Below are positions 60,601-64,000 of a DNA stretch of 64,000 nucleotides, in pieces (positions within the stretch are counted from its first letter, which is position 1; every line of letters begins with the position of its first letter). The stretch is taken from contig CP064989.1 of assembly GCA_016699875.1 (NCBI GenBank), positions 648,788-712,787 on the forward strand, read 5' to 3'. The notes under the pieces were generated by a model that was given only the letters and a program-made list of their open reading frames with translations, had not been told where the DNA came from and ran no database searches. This DNA comes from Candidatus Moraniibacteriota bacterium (GTDB lineage Bacteria > Patescibacteriota > Minisyncoccia > Moranbacterales > UBA1568). Position numbers and translations under genes: made by a program.

Positions 60601-61672
60601 CGACACGGACAGTGTTTCTTCCGAGCCATCGGGGACGGGCTTGGTAGGAGATAATCTTTTCGATCTTTTGGCGGTATCTGAGGATGATGTGCCGATAACT
60701 GCTTTTGACAAAGATATCACGTTTGTTGTGCACTACGGGAGCGATGTGCAAGATTCTTTTGAGGAGGGGACGCTGGATATATACCGCTACTCCGGTGGAG
60801 AGTGGATAAAACAAAACTGTACGCTTGATACGACCGCTCATACGCTCACCTGCCTGTTGTCACATTTCTCTTCCTATGGCGTGTTTGGATCGGAGATAGG
60901 CGAGGGTGGGACGGGGGACGGCGAGGATGCCTCCAATGACAATGACACGGAAGAGGTAAAGAAGGCCGATATAAACTCATGGAGCGCCTCCCTCTACAAC
61001 GTGCTTGTGCCATCGAGTTCATGCCCGGAGCGTGTGAGGCTGGTCATCACCGGGCACGATTTTGCTAAGCATCCACAGGTACGAATCGGAGGAAAGAAGG
61101 CTCTCTGGGTGGAGAGAAAATCGAGCCGGAAGATCGTGGCAGGCTTTTGTTTGACCGATTTGCTGAAAGTAAAAGTGGGAAACAAAAGGTCTGTCAAAGT
61201 AGTGAATCCGGGGACCAAAGCGGAGGAAGCGGACAAGAAAATCGATCTTGAACAATTGGACTTTGAAGACGAATATGAGAGCGTCTCTCAAGATGCGCCA
61301 ACGGGCGGGTCTGTCCCCTCAGGGAAAGAGGATGAGCCGAATATTGAGGAAATGCCGGAATACTTGGGAGCGGGAACGCCGAATGTATGCTCATATTCCG
61401 TTGAAGCGGGAGACTCGCTCTGGTCTATCGCCAAGCAGGTCTATGGAGATGCGACAGCCTACCCATTGATTGTTCGGGAGAATATGGAGCGATACCCTGA
61501 TATTTCCAAAGGGACACTGCACGTCGGGCAGTCTCTCGTATTCGGATGTGATGGTTCTTCCGGCATGCCAGAAAGTTCGCATTCCGATGAGCGAGATGAT
61601 ACAGCGCAGACGAATAGTGAATCAGAAAATTCGCAGGATGCCCGCTGGTGGAACCCGCTGAGTTGGTTTTGA
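57614..61672 (+). CDS. giant cell-surface protein: signal peptide, DUF2341-like N-terminal domain, beta-helix/GLUG-like repeats, two Listeria-Bacteroides (Flg_new) repeats, Fn3/Ig-like, C-terminal LysM
   Basis: 1352 aa. WLANWQYRKAITI (DUF2341 hallmark). YDGDSHVIDHLSIN..NYRGLFGYI beta-helix-type repeats. TLTYAAG.GG.VSG...Y.F..WSD motifs twice. C-terminal CSYSVEAGDSLWSIAKQVYGD..HVGQSLV (LysM). Confidence 0.85.
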   Translation: MSQEKLSARLLWSFGPVFVAGIFLCIFPKSASAEWLANWQYRKAITITGQSGAGTDFQMKLLIGESAGSSGANFNLGGNAANFPSGKGQGGDLFFTDNDGSTALSFWVESISGSSPNRTATVWVKVADNLSSTQTIDCYYGNEGASNVSSGDNTFLLFDDFDGASLDTGKWAKQSSAGGSVSLGSSQLTLSSTSTSDYVWVDSVNTYSIPTLSETKVDSFSPSGATYRMGQTTGVTPRGDNGNLYSEYSADALGTSYRIVGDNASAGWSVSVTSLGSDTSGIWSFAWPSTGSQKFFVNYSQKLTGSDSVNSLSSYHMYLGNAMSSAGSSRVDWARVRKYVSTEPSVSSVASEESVSTCIAGNFSGGSGMEADPYHVATLNELESVRTCLNSHFIQTADIDASATSTWNGGDGFHPIGDGTAQFSGTYDGDSHVIDHLSINQTGNYRGLFGYIKGSSPYTAEVKNVGLTNATVQGTYMIGVLAGFFDAALIDRCYATGSVTSDALSLTDWTNAGGLAGRGYRSKIQNSWAHVTVTAKGYRNGGLVGQMWDDATDSSQILSSFSLGDVVGGSTYTGGLVGVMNGGIIRNSYARGDVTRSSGATSATLGAFMGGWYDDQSEVHTSYSTGNVYYAGTSDPTDRGFSGGNITNDANFFDGEVSNQSSALGATVKTIAQMKTVGTFTGAGWNFGSVWGIESGANDGYPRLLASNERTLTYAAGAGGTVSGTTFQIVSSGSSGAAVTAVPSTGYHFVNWSDSSTDNPRTDTNVASSVSVTANFSPDTFTLTYAAGTGGSLSGSATQTVSYGSDGSAVEVVPSSGYAFSKWSDDATDNPRTDTNITTDVSVSALFVDSGAPTISGASAVPTDSSVDITWNTDEASTSQVSYGLTSSLGSSTAKDSSLVGSHSVNIGSLHACARYFVRLVSDDAASNTATSSIFTFSTLGCDTSAIEDGGEESVPTSGGTVSTNTTKGTASLTIPGDFYTSGGIPKEATFQINTLDTDSVSSEPSGTGLVGDNLFDLLAVSEDDVPITAFDKDITFVVHYGSDVQDSFEEGTLDIYRYSGGEWIKQNCTLDTTAHTLTCLLSHFSSYGVFGSEIGEGGTGDGEDASNDNDTEEVKKADINSWSASLYNVLVPSSSCPERVRLVITGHDFAKHPQVRIGGKKALWVERKSSRKIVAGFCLTDLLKVKVGNKRSVKVVNPGTKAEEADKKIDLEQLDFEDEYESVSQDAPTGGSVPSGKEDEPNIEEMPEYLGAGTPNVCSYSVEAGDSLWSIAKQVYGDATAYPLIVRENMERYPDISKGTLHVGQSLVFGCDGSSGMPESSHSDERDDTAQTNSESENSQDARWWNPLSWF

Positions 61673-61968
61673 TATACGAGTGCCCAAAGAGGGAAGATGA
61701 ATACCCCTAAAGAGGTTTACTGTATTGAAACAAGACAACTGAGAAAACAGGAGTTGCCCGGCTCCTGTTTTTGTCAAAGAAGAGCATTGAGCAGTTGCTT
61801 CGGAGCATATTGAAGACTCTAAAAAAACAGCAAGTCGTTTGGCAGAAATGGACGCGCGAAGGCGTTTTCGAGCAATAGGATTTAAAAAATAAAAAGCTCT
61901 CGAAAAGAGAGCTTTGCTATGTGCTGATTTTAGGTTGTCCCAAGTTGCTTAAGTGGAAACAGAGTGTT

Positions 61969-62283
61969 CTATGTGGCGATGCCGTGAAGTTCGAGTATTT
62001 CTTGGAAGGAGTGTATTTCCCAGAAATCTACTTCAAGTTTCACGGTAATGATGATAGTGTCTGGCCTCATCTCCGGTATTTCCCGGAGAAGCCGCCGACA
62101 GTGCCGGCAGGGATGGAGCGTGCACGTCATGACCCCGCTTTCTCCATCGGGCTCGTCTTGCGGTTCACCTGCCACGACGAGTGCGAGCATTCTCTCTGTC
62201 GGGAACAAATGTCCTTGCTGACGAATTTGCGCCACCACTTCCTGCTCAGCGCAGGTATTCCGCGCGTCTCTTTCGAGCTTCAA
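61969..62283 (-). CDS. cytidine/dCMP-deaminase-like zinc-binding protein (CAE...PCxxC), possibly N-terminally truncated
   Basis: NTCAEQEVVAQ and LHPCRHCRRLL motifs. The frame is open upstream, but the only start codon is the TTG at 62283. Confidence 0.35.
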   Translation of the reverse strand: MKLERDARNTCAEQEVVAQIRQQGHLFPTERMLALVVAGEPQDEPDGESGVMTCTLHPCRHCRRLLREIPEMRPDTIIITVKLEVDFWEIHSFQEILELHGIAT

Positions 62284-62711
62284 ATTTGCTCCAGTGTATA
62301 TGGCGTAACCGGATCTTCCAAGAGCATGAAGCGCTTCTGGTTCCGTGCTTGTTAGAAATGCGGCTGCTCAGACACGAAAGCCTCGATATGACCGACCTCT
62401 TTGCCGCGCTGCTGCACGCGCTCGATCGATCAGGTGCCATCGAATCTGCCAAAGGGCGCTCCAATTATGATGCCAGACCAATTCCGAGGGGACATGTTCT
62501 TGATTGAGAACAAATGCCTGTTTGAATATTTCCGCCGGTGACAGTGACATGGTCACGCTCCTCTTGAAGGAAAACAACTTGCGCGAACGTAGCATTATTT
62601 CGAGTCACTGTCAATCTTCGTCTTGGCGGAGTATCTTGAATAGTATGAAATGGTGTGTAAAGGAGATTCGATTGAGTTTTGTATCGTTGTTTGTATACAG
62701 ATGTTCTCAAC

Positions 62712-62740
62712 TTGACATATATCTATAAATAGGTATATTT
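62712..62740 (+). promoter_or_regulatory. consensus-like promoter (TTGACA-16/17-TATATT)
   Basis: In an AT-rich intergenic region, about 120 bp upstream of the 62858 ORF. Confidence 0.4.
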
Positions 62741-62857
62741 TAGGGCAGTAATAGCGTGCTCGTTGACAATAAGTAGCTTCGCTTCTTGTGCAAAGTGTCC
62801 TCTCTTGATATGTATCCGGGAGAGGCAATTTCTTCTGAAAAGACCGGAGAATAAACA

Positions 62858-63850
62858 GTGAATACTTCTTCTGTTCGTGTGATTCAAACGTTTGAAACAG
62901 CAAATGTTTATGGTCGGGTGAGCGTGCTTGAGCAGGATGGGCTGACATTTGTTGTCCATACTCTCCGAAAGAAACAGGTATCTTCTCGGGGTGATTTCGT
63001 GGTGGCGAAAGTACTCGACCAGTATGGACAAATTCTCTGGCTATTTCCGAAATCGTTTCAGGGGCTCGCGCTGTTGAAACAGGTGGGTGATGAGGCGGTA
63101 ATTGCGTTGGTTGAACGAGGCCGGGAAGGTAGGGTGATGGAAGTCATCGCCTTTTCGTCGCTTGGCAAAGATAGTCCTGTCGATTTGCATCGGAGTATTA
63201 GATTGAAACGACTTGCCGCTCAACATCTTGAGCGGGAATATTATTTGACTGACGCCGAAGCCGCCAGCGTGATGAGCGGAAACAAGCCGGAGCCTTCCCG
63301 TCGACAAATGTCTCATGCTGCCCGTCGGCAAGCTTGGATGGAATCGGCACGCTGCATCAGAGGACGACACAGCGTAACAGTTCGGTCTGAAGACGGCAGG
63401 GTTCTCTCGGGGATTCCGGTCGTCGGCAATGAATGGAGATATCTTAAACCCGGAACTTATGCAGTGACGGTTGAACGATTTGATGATGCGTCCGGACTGC
63501 ATGAAAAACCGATCGAGGCATTTAAAGTGGTGACTGACCGTCAAGGAAAACTCGTTCGAACTTTTGTAACTCCCGTTGCTCCGGAATGGCGTCCTGATAA
63601 TGTTGTACGACCGTCTGCCATGGAAGGTGCCATACGGAAGATGACTGTTTGCAATGCGGGTGACGGAGAGAATCTCAAAGTGTTGGTGTATGCCAGCATG
63701 GATGATATTCGCAAAGCGCGTGGTTGCGGTCTGGGTGGTGGTACTTATGTGACCTCACTTGATAAGCGGCAGGCGGATGATCGCTGGACGGTGTTCCGTG
63801 TTTACGATGGTAAGATAGAGACTATCGGAAATCTTGGAGTGGTACGATAG
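62858..63850 (+). CDS. hypothetical protein
   Basis: 330 aa. GTG start after GGAGAATAAACA. Followed by the terminator CCCTCAAG..CTTGAGGG+T-run at 63866..63905. Confidence 0.45.
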   Translation: MNTSSVRVIQTFETANVYGRVSVLEQDGLTFVVHTLRKKQVSSRGDFVVAKVLDQYGQILWLFPKSFQGLALLKQVGDEAVIALVERGREGRVMEVIAFSSLGKDSPVDLHRSIRLKRLAAQHLEREYYLTDAEAASVMSGNKPEPSRRQMSHAARRQAWMESARCIRGRHSVTVRSEDGRVLSGIPVVGNEWRYLKPGTYAVTVERFDDASGLHEKPIEAFKVVTDRQGKLVRTFVTPVAPEWRPDNVVRPSAMEGAIRKMTVCNAGDGENLKVLVYASMDDIRKARGCGLGGGTYVTSLDKRQADDRWTVFRVYDGKIETIGNLGVVR

Positions 63851-64000
63851 TAGGGAAACTCCCAAAACCCTCAAGTCTTTAACAAGGCTTGAGGGTGTTT
63901 TATTTTCTGTGCCAAAACCGAATTTTTAGTGTGGGAATGACCTCTGTGAATTTTTCTCAAGACTACTTTACTTGTTGTGTGTTTCAATTTTCGTAAGAGG

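Noticed and set aside
61921-62355. 144-aa plus-strand ORF overlapping the deaminase-like gene
   Set aside because: No motif. The opposite strand carries the CAE/PCxxC zinc-binding signature, and is preferred with low confidence.

Overview
The window is about 50% GC and gene-dense. Its content resembles a small-genome, possibly Patescibacteria/CPR-like, bacterium; that lineage call is inference only. The core region (1-47.5 kb) carries housekeeping genes and several secreted or surface proteins. Housekeeping genes are a DHH phosphoesterase (partial), tsaE, polA, holA, two copies of rpsT, ruvA, a FemAB-family transferase, a TrmB regulator, murE, an FtsX-like permease with an ABC ATPase, xseA/xseB, the 2-oxoacid:ferredoxin oxidoreductase genes korA/korB, a complete suf operon (Rrf2-sufCBDS-sufU, ferredoxin, DUF59), rpoD and tRNA-Asn. 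The secreted/surface proteins are a 1663-aa FG-GAP/Fn3/LamG adhesin, a PT-linker esterase, a LamG protein, and a DsbA plus thioredoxin-CcdA pair. There are three IS-related loci: a degraded IS1595-like transposase, an apparently intact 1057-bp IS4/IS701-like element with perfect 20-bp inverted repeats (IRs) just downstream of xseB, and an internally deleted IS5-family element that still has its terminal IRs. The most unusual structure lies downstream of tRNA-Asn (about 47.7-57 kb). It is a visibly lower-GC accessory island arranged as a cassette array: one or two genes, each preceded by a near-consensus sigma70 promoter and followed by one of about 10 copies of a conserved 30-80-bp 3' box plus a hairpin terminator. 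Cargo includes two Fic proteins, a short-chain dehydrogenase/reductase (SDR) with an in-frame amber stop, a frameshifted P-loop kinase, small Cys-rich ORFs and unknowns. The array ends at a 1352-aa surface protein (DUF2341-like, beta-helix, Listeria-Bacteroides repeats, LysM). A second striking feature is a 455-bp direct duplication (rpsT plus the 5' end of ruvA) that brackets the 5.3-kb giant adhesin gene. No CRISPR array or rRNA was seen.
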